Shown: one piece after another, positions 39,188-50,386 of the stretch | How positions within the stretch are numbered: position 1 is the first letter of the stretch | How the letters are laid out: each line of letters opens with the position of its first letter | Source of the DNA: Utricularia gibba | Taxonomy: Eukaryota; Plantae; Magnoliophyta | Direction: 5' to 3' | DNA length: 64,000 nt | Assembly (NCBI GenBank): GCA_002189035.1 | Contig: CM007989.1 | Location: forward strand, 4,712,001-4,776,000 | The notes under the pieces: generated by a model | What the model was told of the DNA's origin: nothing | Seen by the model: the letters and a program-made list of their open reading frames with translations, nothing else | Database searches by the model: none | Position numbers and translations under genes: made by a program

Positions 39188-39630
39188 TGTAATGTCATGT
39201 GAAATTTTTCTAGCAGTGCATGAGCATAAAAACACTTGAGTGTCTCTTTCAGACACCGCAATGGTATGTTTGTAGTGCTTGGACATCAAAAGACTTCAAT
39301 GTCTTTCAGACACCGCAAACATGCCATTGCGGTCCCTGGACATCAAGAGACTTCAATGTTCTCCAAGCACTGCAATGGCATGTTTGTGGTGCCTGGAAAT
39401 CAAGAGGCTTCAAAGTTCCTACTTCAGGCACCAAATGTGGTGTTGCGTTGCCTGAACTAGATAGTTTATCTCAATGAACTACATGCATTATAAATATAAA
39501 GAGGCAGAATTGCATTACAAATGTTCTGCAAAACAAAATCAATGTTTCAATGAAAAATGCATCACAAGTCTTGAAATTTAAAAACAAGTTGTGGATGATG
39601 TCCCTTCTCTCAACAAATGCTATGCTTCAA
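39188..39630 (+). mobile_element. Probable copia-type 3' LTR with preceding PPT
   Basis: AAGGAGGGGA purine tract at ~39174-39183, then TGTAATG at 39188; TATAAATATAAAG at ~39490; right end uncertain. Confidence 0.4.
39243..39456. repeat. 57-bp tandem array of palindromic units (about 3.5 copies)
   Basis: CAGACACCGCA at 39250 and 39307, CAAGCACTGCA at 39364, CAGGCACC at 39425; conserved spacer ACATCAA.AGACTTCAATG. Confidence 0.9.
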
Positions 39631-39898
39631 AGCATATTAAGTAAGTGTCTTGTAGTGATCCCATAATGTATGGTGAGAATCCAATGGGGGCTGTCCTACA
39701 CGATGCCCATTCACGAAAGCTGGCACACTGGAGGCGAACAATAGTCCCTCCAAGAAGTCTTGTATCTCACATCCTTTAGCTAAGACAATGTCCTCACTAT
39801 TCTTATGGGTGTACATCATAGGGAAGATGGCATTATCACACTATTGAACATCCTAAGTTACAATTGATAAGTATGCTGAAACAAGAGTGTAACATTAA

Positions 39899-40449
39899 TA
39901 GGGATGAAAGTTTTGCCAAGCTAGGGTGGGTCGACCATGATTCAAAGGGATTCCACCAAGTTTCATGCTAGTGCCAAACTAGCCCAATTACATAAAGTGA
40001 TAATTAATATATCCTTGGTCGGATTATTTATTAAGTTAGATTGGCCCTGTCCAAAACTTGGGCCTAACTTACAATAAAAAAATATTTTATAAAATTATTA
40101 AATATTAATATACATATTCATATTATGTAAATAATTTATAAAAACTAATTTAAAATTATTATATGACTTATAAATTCACAATATTTATCTTAAGAATAAC
40201 ATAGTGTATATAAAATGAATTAAAATTATCCAAAACTAAAATAATTATAATTGCAATACAATAAAGCCCTATTATCAAGTTCGACTCTAGGCCCATCGGG
40301 CTTTTGGGGCCAGAATCCAATCAGCCCTAAGAGCTTTGGGCCAAAAAGTTTAATAAATTTTGGGATCATCAACATATTGGCCCAAGCCCGATATTTTCTA
40401 CGATCGGACCGAGCCAGCCCATGGGCTTTGGCCCAAATTTTGATCACTA
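39899..40449 (+). mobile_element. hAT-type MITE
   Basis: Imperfect TIRs TAGGGATGAAAGTTTTG / CAAATTTTGATCACTA; GGCCC-rich subtermini, AT-rich core; no clear 8-bp TSD. Confidence 0.55.
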
Positions 40450-40922
40450 GAATTGTAGTTTCTATTGACCTCACTACACGGTTGATTTGTAACTATAGTT
40501 TCAAAGATGCATGTTGTCTACTTTAGATATTCAATTCTCACAATTTTATGTTCTTTTTTGGGGGAGGGGGAGGGGGGAGGGAAAGAATTATACAAAATTA
40601 GAAGGATCTTTTTATTTAATCATATTCTCTCCCTCGTTCGTAAACAATATAGGATACCATCATCAAATCCTTTTCCTTACAATTGAAATTTAAATAAAGA
40701 GACTATGTTGACACTATGAATTGAATGCATGTTTGTGGTATTTGAAATTTAAATATGTTTTTAAGAAAAACTCATATCATAAAAACTTTGAAAAATTTAA
40801 AGGAAATTATTCCATGTCATAGGTGGGTTTTTCTAAAACTGCATTGAATGTTTGACAGGTTTTTATAAAAACACATGCATCAAATATTTATTTTTTACAT
40901 ACAATTTTATCTAATAAACTAA

Positions 40923-43900
40923 TGTTAATATTGATGTTTTATATTTAAGGCTCATACTATGGCTAGTATATTGTGCAAAATTATAGGCTAAATTATATGT
41001 TTGATTTTCGGTAATTGTTCTTATAATCTATGTATATAACTTATGGTTATCAATGAGAATTGCTAAGGCATTTCAAAATCCTCTTATTCCATTTTCTCAT
41101 GGTATTAGAGCATTAATCCTCTATTTTGCATTCGCAATGCATCAATCCAGATTCTCTTCTTCCAAGGTTTCTAGTTCCTGTGTTTGAATTCTTCTTATTG
41201 AGAATAATTATGTCACCTAGACTCAAGCCGTTCACATTGCTCTAGGTGGCCAGGACGCATTAAGTCATCTTGATGGCTCAAAGCTATGTCCGCCTCTCCC
41301 CCGAAGCTAGATGCTACCACGATGAAACTTTGAGACGACTTTACAAAATTCCATCAAGCATGGTTGAATGAAGATTTTGAAGTTATGAATATTTTTCTTA
41401 ATTCAATGGAGATAGAGATCGGTGAAGCCTTCGTTTTCTCTACATTGCTAAGGTGATGTGGGATATAATCGATCATCATTTTGGGGCCTCCGTAGAGCCT
41501 TAGATTCTTCACTTACGTGACGAATTACACTCTCTGCATCAATGGGAGATTCTGTGGTGGTTTTCTTTACCAAACTCAAATCTATATGGAATTAGGTGGA
41601 TTTGCTATACCCACCTAATAATTGCCGTGTTTCATAGTGTTACAGGTGAAAATCGGTCTCCGAGATTGAGGCCGATTTTTTGGATTATAAATGCGATCGG
41701 AAATATCATGCCTTTATGCTTTTTGGAGATTTGTTCGGCGTGATTGAAAGAGATAAAGGCAGGCAAAGTTTTTGACGTGGAAATCAACATGAGTTGGAAA
41801 AACCACGGAGCTGTCGGAACTCGCCGGAGAAGATTTCTACTAGACTTAGGAAGTTGAGAAAATGGGAGTTTTTTGGGTAAAAAAAAAATCCCCTTTTTCT
41901 TTAGAACTTATCTTATTTATAGGGGAAGCCTATCTAGGGGAATGCCCTTTTTTGTAAGTGTCGGTTGCCTTTTGTACTTGTACTGTGACTTTACTTTTTA
42001 GATGATCGCCATCCATTTTGCTATGATACGGCTGCTTTTCAGGCTGCGCTATACGGCCGTCGTTGTCAGATTTCTGACACATATCGGTATGTCGACAGTC
42101 GCTATTCCCTCAGAGTCCCTTTCGGTGGCCTTTTTAAATATCGATTATCTCTGATCGATCTATGCTCCATCATTCAGCCCCTCTAATTTGCCGACATTGG
42201 TATTCTCGGAGCAAGTTGGGGAACCAGAATCGCAACTATACCGATTTTGAGTTGTGCCGCTTTCCCTGGGGTGAATCTCAGACCCATTTAGTACGACTCC
42301 TCGCCGCGTGTCACCTCCTAATCATGCCACATCTTTTGCCGCTCAGTCTTGACACCTCAAACATCGCGTCGTTTCATCTCCCGAATACGTGCCTCTCTCG
42401 TCGCTTCTCCCCTTTGCTTCCTGTTCACTTGCGAGATTTCAGCGCCGTCCATGCTCCGTTGCGCTCGCCTGCCATCGCTGCTGTCGTGAAAACCACCAGA
42501 AACTGCACATTTTCAGGTACCGGTCCACGTTTCCTCTTCCCATTCGCTACCTTTGGGTCTTGCCGGAGCCCCGCCCCCTCTTTTTCTTCTTGGTTTTCTC
42601 CCTTTGCCCAACGTTCACCCAGGTTTTTATGATCATAGTAAATCCAGATGGGAAAATTAATAAGAGAAAAGCATAGCTTGTCTCTCAAGGATATGGACAA
42701 AAAGAGGGTGTTGATTATACTTATATTTTTGCCCCCATGGAAAAAAAATCACTATTGTTCATCATTTTATTGCCTTGGCGGCTCATCGCTCTTGGCCATT
42801 ACAATAGTGAATGTCAACAACGCTTTTCTGCACAATACCTTGGATGAAGAAATGTATATGAAGATTCCACAAGGATGCAGTGATGGAAATGGATCCCAAG
42901 TCTATTAACTTCAAAAATCGTTTTATAGACTAAAACATGCATCTTGCCAATGGAATCGAGAACTAACTCAATCTTTGATCGCTTTTGGGTTTCAACTTTC
43001 TCTAAATGATCCATGCCTTTTCACTAGGCATACTGATGGTGCTACTACACATGTTCTTATCAGAAGCATATTTCCAATTTATTGGCTTTTAGAAATGACA
43101 AATTCATAGTGAAAGATTTGGGAGAAGCTAAATATTTCATTGGCATTGAGCTACATTAATTTGATGATGGGATCTTTCTCAATTAGAGAAATACATCAAG
43201 GACATTATATAAGATGTTGGTTTAATGGATATTAAATACATTAGATCACCAATCCCAATTGGCCTAAAGCTTTTTGGTGATGTCTCCTACTCTAGTTGAT
43301 GCCCGACCATACCATTGGTTGATTGGATGCTTACTCTATTTGTCTTCCACTTATCCTGATTTATCCTTTGTGGCTCATCATTTGAGTCAGTTCATGCTTG
43401 AGCCAAAACACGACACTTCACATTGTGGAGTATTTAATTGGCACAATGACTTTGGGTGTTCAATATAGCCCCACACCAAATGCTTATTAAAGACATATTG
43501 TGATGCAGATTGGACAGCTTATCCAATTAAGAGAAAGTCACTCTCTGGTTATTGTATTTTCTTTGGAGATGAACTGATTTTATGGAAATGCAAAAAACAG
43601 TCCACCCAAATCTTCCACTGAAGCAGAATATCGTAGTATGGCATCAACTACATTAGAATTACGTTGGTTAGATTCTTTGCTTCATGATTTTGGATGGCTA
43701 GTAAATACACCAATTCCACTACTTTGTGATAATAACTCCGACATCCATATTACCCAGAATTTGTTTTTTCATGAAAGAACCAAACATATTGACATTGATT
43801 TCTACTTTGTGCTCAAATATGTGCCCACAAAGGCACAACTTGCATCTATTATGACGAAGGCAATATCTACACTTGTTTCATAGATTGCTCTAACATCTCA

Positions 43901-44128
43901 GGCTCATGAATCTTCACCCTTCACTTCAAGATGTCCCATCTTGAGGTGGGATTTTAATATTTATGGTTTATATTTTAGGGTAATATTGTGGCTAGTATAT
44001 TATACAAAATTATAGACTAGAGTATAAGCTTGATTTTTTATAATTGTTCTTATAATCTCTGTATATAACCTATAGTTATTAATGAGAATTGTTAAGACAT
44101 TTCAAAATTCTCTTTTTCCATTTTCTCA
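40923..44128 (+). mobile_element. Internally deleted Ty1/copia element with both LTRs
   Basis: 177-bp LTRs at 40923-41099 and 43952-44128; PBS TGGTATTAGAGC (tRNA-iMet type) at 41100; PPT-like TTGAGGTGGGA before the 3' LTR; TSD ACTAA / ACTTA; RT and RNase H remnants (YHWLIGCLLYL..YPDLSFVAHHLSQFM, LCDNNSDIHITQN..FHERTKHIDID). Confidence 0.9.
41638..42645 (-). mobile_element. 3' end of a Tat/Retand element nested in the copia element
   Basis: LTR 41638-42172 (TGATGGAGCATAG...CCTGTAACA on minus) aligns with 50387-50905; preceded on minus by PPT-like AGAGGGGCT and ~470 bp of GC-rich non-copia DNA; no TSD. Confidence 0.75.
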
Positions 44129-44599
44129 ACTTAGCTACCAAACATAATTTTGAAATCAATTTGAAAATTGGGCTTTTAAGGTGAATTGCATCATTTTAAT
44201 ATGTGAGGTCTCAAGGGGAAATGCAACTTTTTTTTTTATTCAAAAAGAAACAAAAAAGCCATAGCTTCTACATATACATGTGGTTTACAGAGAGACTGGA
44301 GTGTTATCAGGGGTCCCGTTTTCCTGCGTTGTCACAGGCCTCTGATGAAGCCAGCAGGAATCACTGTTCATCTCTGATGAATGCCTCCCAAGGATGCGAA
44401 CAATGTACTCGTCTGTATTTACTGCCACTGCAAAGGGAAAATTGACGAGATGTGTTATGCAAAGCTCCTGGATGAAACTTCTGCGGGTTCTGGTTCGAAT
44501 CTGTGATGCTTTCGTAGAAGCAAGCCCATCCCAATACTCATGGTGGAAGGCTCCACCTTTTCGTGTAGCAAAGGGAGGGATGGCAGGCTTACCTCTTAC

Positions 44600-47500
44600 T
44601 CAGGCAGTTCCGGTGATCAGCCTCTCTTGTTCATCTAATTTCTTAACTTTAAACAAGCCGATCAAAACCTTCAAGCCGAAGAATGCGAACAACACGAACG
44701 CGGCTGTTGCTGGCGTCTGCGCATTGAAGGGGTGGTAATACAGGAAGAGGATGAGGTGGATGAGAGTGACCTACAAGAATGGTGGAAACGGATGCTTACC
44801 CTGATGGAGTTGAGATACAGAATAGTTGCCAGGTTGACTAAACTTCCTGCAGCGATTGCCTGCACTCCAAAAATGGATTTCAGCAGACTAGAGGTAGCAT
44901 GATGCTGGGAATGCAATGCAGTTTGTGACAACTTACGCTCCCGAGTGTGCTTTGAACGGTGGCTACTCGTTGGAATGCTCTCTCTGATTCCAGAGCTCGG
45001 ACCCGGAGCTTCAAATCCCCTTGCTCCTGCAATGTTACTTGAGTTGGTCAACAGTTGAAGAGATTGGATGATAAACAGAAGGGATTACCAGTCTTTCGAT
45101 AACGTTAGCAAGCTTCCCAACTCGATCCGCCTGCCGGAATAGATTGTAGAAAGCACGGCTTTGTCGATCCCACCTCTTTCGGAAGTCCTGCAGATAAAAA
45201 AAAATTCAATGAGAGGTTCATTGCCTGTTGAAAGTTCATAGAGTGGAAGAAACTGCCTTAAGGATGACTTCAAGGCCGACTTCACGGAACTTTAACAACT
45301 CTAGAGCGTACCTGTGATGCACATCAGAAACACATGAGCAGTTCGAAACAAAAGTTCTGGAATTTGAATGAATTTTCATGTCCTTACGGTTTCGCTATCT
45401 CAGAGATATCGAATCGAGGATCAAGGCCCTTTCCTATTCCATCCAAAACTGCACAAATGAATGCAAATTAAGCAGCTGCACTCATGTACGCAAGACCACA
45501 TTATCTTACAAGGATAGTGAAGCAACCTGAAAACGCTCTAACAACAAAAGTGAAGGTTGCCGGAAAGCGGAAAGGTTGATCAGCTGCAATGGCTAACAGG
45601 TCTTCACCTGTTTCAGAAAAGAGTACTGAGGGTCACACATTCACCATCAAATGTCCAACTCCGCAGCAAGATGCTGTGGGGAAGCCACTTGGGTGGGACA
45701 AACAGTATGAGCTCCTTACCAATTGCAGCAAGGCGTTGCTTTTTCTTCTCCATCATTTCCTCTCTGCTTAGAGGTTGCTTAAACCCAAGTTCAGCATTCG
45801 CTTGTTCTCTCTCTCGCCTTTGTGCTGCAAGTCGCTCCTCGAAACTGCAATGTTTCAGTCACTACCTTGTTAAAATATTTTTTCATACCGATGTTTGACA
45901 GTAAATGAAGATTTTAGAGCATCCAGTGCTCTACAAGTAGTTTAGATATTCAGGTGGCATCCATTTAAAGCAATCAGGACATGTTAAAGACAGTGAATTG
46001 AAACTTTTAACACTGCTTAGAGGAGAAGACTGATAAGTTCATGAACTTGGCTGACTACAAAGACATAGGGGAAACCAAAAGCGTCTGTGACACAAAACCT
46101 GTTGAGGAAAAACTGTGCGGTTCGCCTAACAGCAGTCATATCCCCAGTAGGCACAAGAACTCCCATTTGAATCATGGCCTGAAGAACCTGCATCATATTG
46201 ATAGAGCCGTTTACACGTTGGGAATCCAAAATATAATCCAACGGAGACAGATATAACAAAGAGGATACACAAGATCCAAAGAGGATAAATTCTGCTACCA
46301 ATGAGAAAATTTTAGAGGGTTGAGTTAAGAAAATTATGTCTTTAAGTTATCAGGCCAAGTCTCCAACGAACCTACATGGTTGCACAACTCTATGGGTAGA
46401 GGCAGTACAATTTTCAGATAGAAAGCTACCTTATCAGAATCTTTCTCATAAACACCATAGAATACTTCAAGTAAGCCTTCTCTGATGTTTTGACTTATGC
46501 TGCTCAAACAGTACAGAGTAAATAAATAACTTTCTGAACCGAAAGTAACTCCAGAAAGGAAAAGCCAACAGAAGAAATGCAAACCTTCCCATCATTCCGA
46601 AGTCATAAAATATCAGTCTTCCACCATTAAAGTCATCTACAGCAATGTTTCCAGGATGCTAAAGAACCGAAGAGCATTAAAACGTTAGTTAAGAAGAAAA
46701 CAGAAAATACCCTTGAGCGGAACACCGCATAAAGTTTACACGATACTTACCGGATCAGCATGAAAAAATCCATGGGAAAGAATTTGCTCCAAGTAAGACT
46801 CAACAGCATATCGGCCCAATCTGATTAGAATGAGAAGATATGAATTTAAAGTCTCTGTGATGACATAGCAGCCAAAATTTAGATTGTAATATGTATATAT
46901 AAAGTGACACCTCTTCCGATCAACACCGAGTTCATCAAGAGCTTTTATACGGTTAATTTTGATCCCGGGGACATATTCCATTGTCAGAACCTGGAAAAAA
47001 CGAAAATATATCAGATAAAAAATGCTGCACCACAGCATCTTCAAAAGAACACAAAAATCTGTACCTGTGGAGTTGTGTATTCCCAATAGATTGACGGCAC
47101 TTTAACATAATCCATGTTTTTAAAGTTTTCAGCAAATAGTTCGGCATTAGCAGCTTCCTTGGTGTAGTCAATCTCCTGAAGGTTATAAAGATGATAACGC
47201 CAAGAGCAAATTTAGGCAAAATCCAGTAGCTGCACTTACACAAACATCTATTTCAAACTAAAAAAGTATCTGGCTCACCTGATACAAGACACTTGCACAC
47301 TCATCATAGATTGCAACCCAGTCTCGTTTTGCACCATCGGACTTCGGATCAATCTTCTGAAGATATTCAGCAATCACCTGAGGTTCTCCAAATCATTTCA
47401 AATAACAGATGTCACATCACAAAGTCATAATCTCTTCAGAAAATTACATCTTGACAAAATTTAAGCCAACCCTCAGATTCTTAAGGTCGATGTCAAACAA

Positions 47501-48993
47501 ATCCTTCAATCCCGGCCTTTGTACTTTCACAACAACTTGTTGTCCATTTATTTGCGCTCGATGGACCTGGCCTATAACAGGGAAAATTATACTTAAAATC
47601 TTGATGTTCCACATCATTGGATTAGAATGCAGAATTACCTAGACTAGCAGCAGCAATGGGTTCTCGATCAAATCTATCAAATATTTTATCCACTGATCCT
47701 CCGAGTTCCTCCTCAATTATTGATACAGCAGTTTCTGAAGGAAAAGGAGGGACTTGATCCTGTATAAAACCTAATTAGTTCGTATGCTATTATGAAAAAT
47801 GGAGCTAACTGCATTGCATCTACAGATGAGGAATTTATAAATATATATTCAACTTAAAGCACTAAGAAACGAACAGTCACCTGGAGCTCTGACAATTGAT
47901 CAACATATTCTTGAGGAAGAATATCAACTCTTGTAGAGAACTGCTGGCCGATCTTGATGAACGTGGGACCAAGTCTCAAGATATTTTCCTTTAACCATTT
48001 TGCCAAAACCCTTCTTCTCTGGGATTTTTTTTCCTCGGTCATTCCACCTGAACACAAGCATGTTTCCAAGTTCATCATACAAAAAACAGGATACACAGAG
48101 TAAGCAGAGACTTAAAGGACCAAGAACGTTGTTCGGAAACTTGACACCAAACTATTACAGACATTTCAAAGTTAGGCATGGCCTAAATGGCCTCCTGGAA
48201 GCCTTGCCTTAAGTCAGCAATTAAGAAGTATACTGTCACAAGGTTCGTTTAGTCAAACCAAAGTAGAGTAATATAAGTAGCTCACCCTTGTAAGAAAACT
48301 TCTGTCTACTTAACCAAGCCTTGAAAATGAAGCTGAGCACAAATCCCCATATCTCCAAAGTCCTTTGAACAGTTGAATATGTTTTGAATCGGCTCCATCG
48401 TCCACCAGGTGCCACTGATACCTACAAAAATGACATGCAAACTTGTTTACAAGCCAGTCATTCAGCATTTTTCATTTCTATCCACTTCAATATCAAGCTC
48501 TCAAACTTCATTACGAAATGAAGAAGCACGTTTAACATACCTGAACTTGATCTTGGCTCGTTTTCTTAAACCAGGCTTCTTCTTGTCCAATCTCCTCAAT
48601 TGTCTTCTTCTTAACAATCACCTCTTCCACATTCACAACTTCCCCAACAACTAAACCTCCATTTCCGTTCACGCTTCCATTCCCATTCCCATTCAGATAT
48701 TTCACCAAACTCCTAGACTCGCTATCATCTTGAAGACTCCCATTGCCGTAAATCCCGTAGCTGACCGAACCATTTCCATTCAAATTACCGTTCAATTTAG
48801 CTTCCAACTCCTTGTCATTTTCATCAAGAACAGCAGCTCCCCCACTTTGAGCAGCCCTGATTCTGGCAACAAGAGTCCCACTGCCGCTTCTGTCGTCAAC
48901 GCGGATGGAAAGTTTGAGTCTTTTCGTTTGGGTTTGAGGGGACAAAAAGATCACTCCGGGTAAAGTCGGTGTACACAAAGAAAAGGTAGCCAT
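44600..48993 (-). CDS. ABC1K8: ABC1 atypical kinase 8 (OSA1/ATH13-like), plastid-targeted; 20 exons, 752 aa, intact
   Basis: Exons (minus): 48993-48541, 48421-48286, 48047-47881, 47759-47639, 47571-47471, 47377-47279, 47175-47065, 46990-46911, 46820-46751, 46658-46585, 46499-46430, 46187-46099, 45844-45720, 45607-45527, 45448-45388, 45311-45257, 45187-45089, 45026-44937, 44859-44800, 44716-44600. Splice phases close to 2259 nt. Motifs [51 protein letters not shown]; ends LITGTA*. Confidence 0.97.
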
Positions 48994-49328
48994 TTTCAAG
49001 CTCCTTCAAAAACTTGAAGAACTCAAATGACCGCAAAGCTTGATCAACTACTTTGCTGGAACTAGTGGCGAAGGAGGAAGCCTTCAATTTTATATTTATT
49101 TTCCCTTTGCAAATTTAAGAAATTAATTGACACTTGCTTCCGTATGGAATGAGCGGCTGACGAAGAGGCAAGTTCGTGGTCGGAAAGAGGATGAGTCGTC
49201 ATGACAGATGGCGTCCTCCGGTTGGATAAGTATCTTGCGTTTTCCGTCCCAAGATACAAGTTGCTTTTAAAAGAGATTAAGGGTTGAAAATTAAAATTAA
49301 TTCGGATTTAAATACTCTGGGCTGGTAA

Positions 49329-49348
49329 TGGGCCACGTGAATTGGGCC
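49329..49348. promoter_or_regulatory. Site II / G-box / site II module upstream of ABC1K8
   Basis: TGGGCCACGTGAATTGGGCC about 340 bp upstream of the ATG. Confidence 0.5.
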
Positions 49349-50386
49349 TCGATACCGCAACAAAATATAATCTCTCTTTTTTTTTTTAAGACCCAGAAAT
49401 CACTATTAAACTCTACGTTGGACCCCGAGGCTCCTCAATTGGTATCATCATCCAAAATTGCCATCAACGTGACATAACTATTTTCAACAACCCTTATGAC
49501 CCACCTTAGGTAGGGATCTATGGGCCCGTTTTGATAAGAAATGAAACTTGACTTTTATGTTAAAGTAACATATATTAATCATATCTTTAATGATAATTGA
49601 TACTTAATATAAATAATTTTGCTTCCAATCTTTAAGTAATAGTGAAACATAAAACCGTTTTCTTAAGAAGATTTAAGTTTTATTTGTGAAAAATCATTTT
49701 TCAAATGTGATTCTATGAGTATGTGCATTCCTATTTAGATATGGCTTCCACGTAATTAATGGCCCACTGCTGATTCACCTCTTCGGGATGACAATGGCCG
49801 GCGAAACTTTCTATCCATGGAAGATTGATATATTTTATATTTTTAATTCTTTTTTTTTTTGTGATCTTTGGTGGTTTCATTGGATTCTATATCATGTTGT
49901 CAAATGATATTTACTGAAAAATTGATTTTTCACATTTTATGAAACTTGATGAAACCTAAGCACTTGTTCATGTTATTATGTGTATAAGATATTATATAAC
50001 TTGATTATTATTGTTGAAGTGTGCAAACTAATTAATTTTGGTGATAGTTATGTGTTATATCATAATGTATCATATATTAGATCTATATATTAATTATAGT
50101 ATGTTCTGTAGTTTTTTCATCATATATAGTTTGGATGTAAGTTTTTTATTTTTTGGAATCATTTGGTTTTACTTCGTTTGATTTTATAATGTTTGCTAAG
50201 TTACCTCATCTAAAGATGCACTTGATCTCTTTACTTCGCTTGGTTTTACTTTCTCTTTAGGTTAATATGGCTTTCATAAACAAGATAGAGAAATGAATAA
50301 GTTAAGATTATCAATGACTCCAAGAAAGTAGATTCATTTTGGAAAATCATTATCTTTTATTGTGATACAATCAAGGTTAATGGAAT

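Noticed and set aside
39243-39456. CRISPR-like appearance of the palindromic array
   Set aside because: Eukaryotic context, no cas genes, and the inter-palindrome sequence is conserved rather than unique.
40726-40882. Possible Tourist-like MITE (TGCATGT..ACATGCA ends)
   Set aside because: Inverted match too short and no clear TSD or second copy.
42162-42700. Overlapping ORFs of 91-156 aa on both strands
   Set aside because: Expected in GC-rich Tat internal DNA; no recognisable domain.
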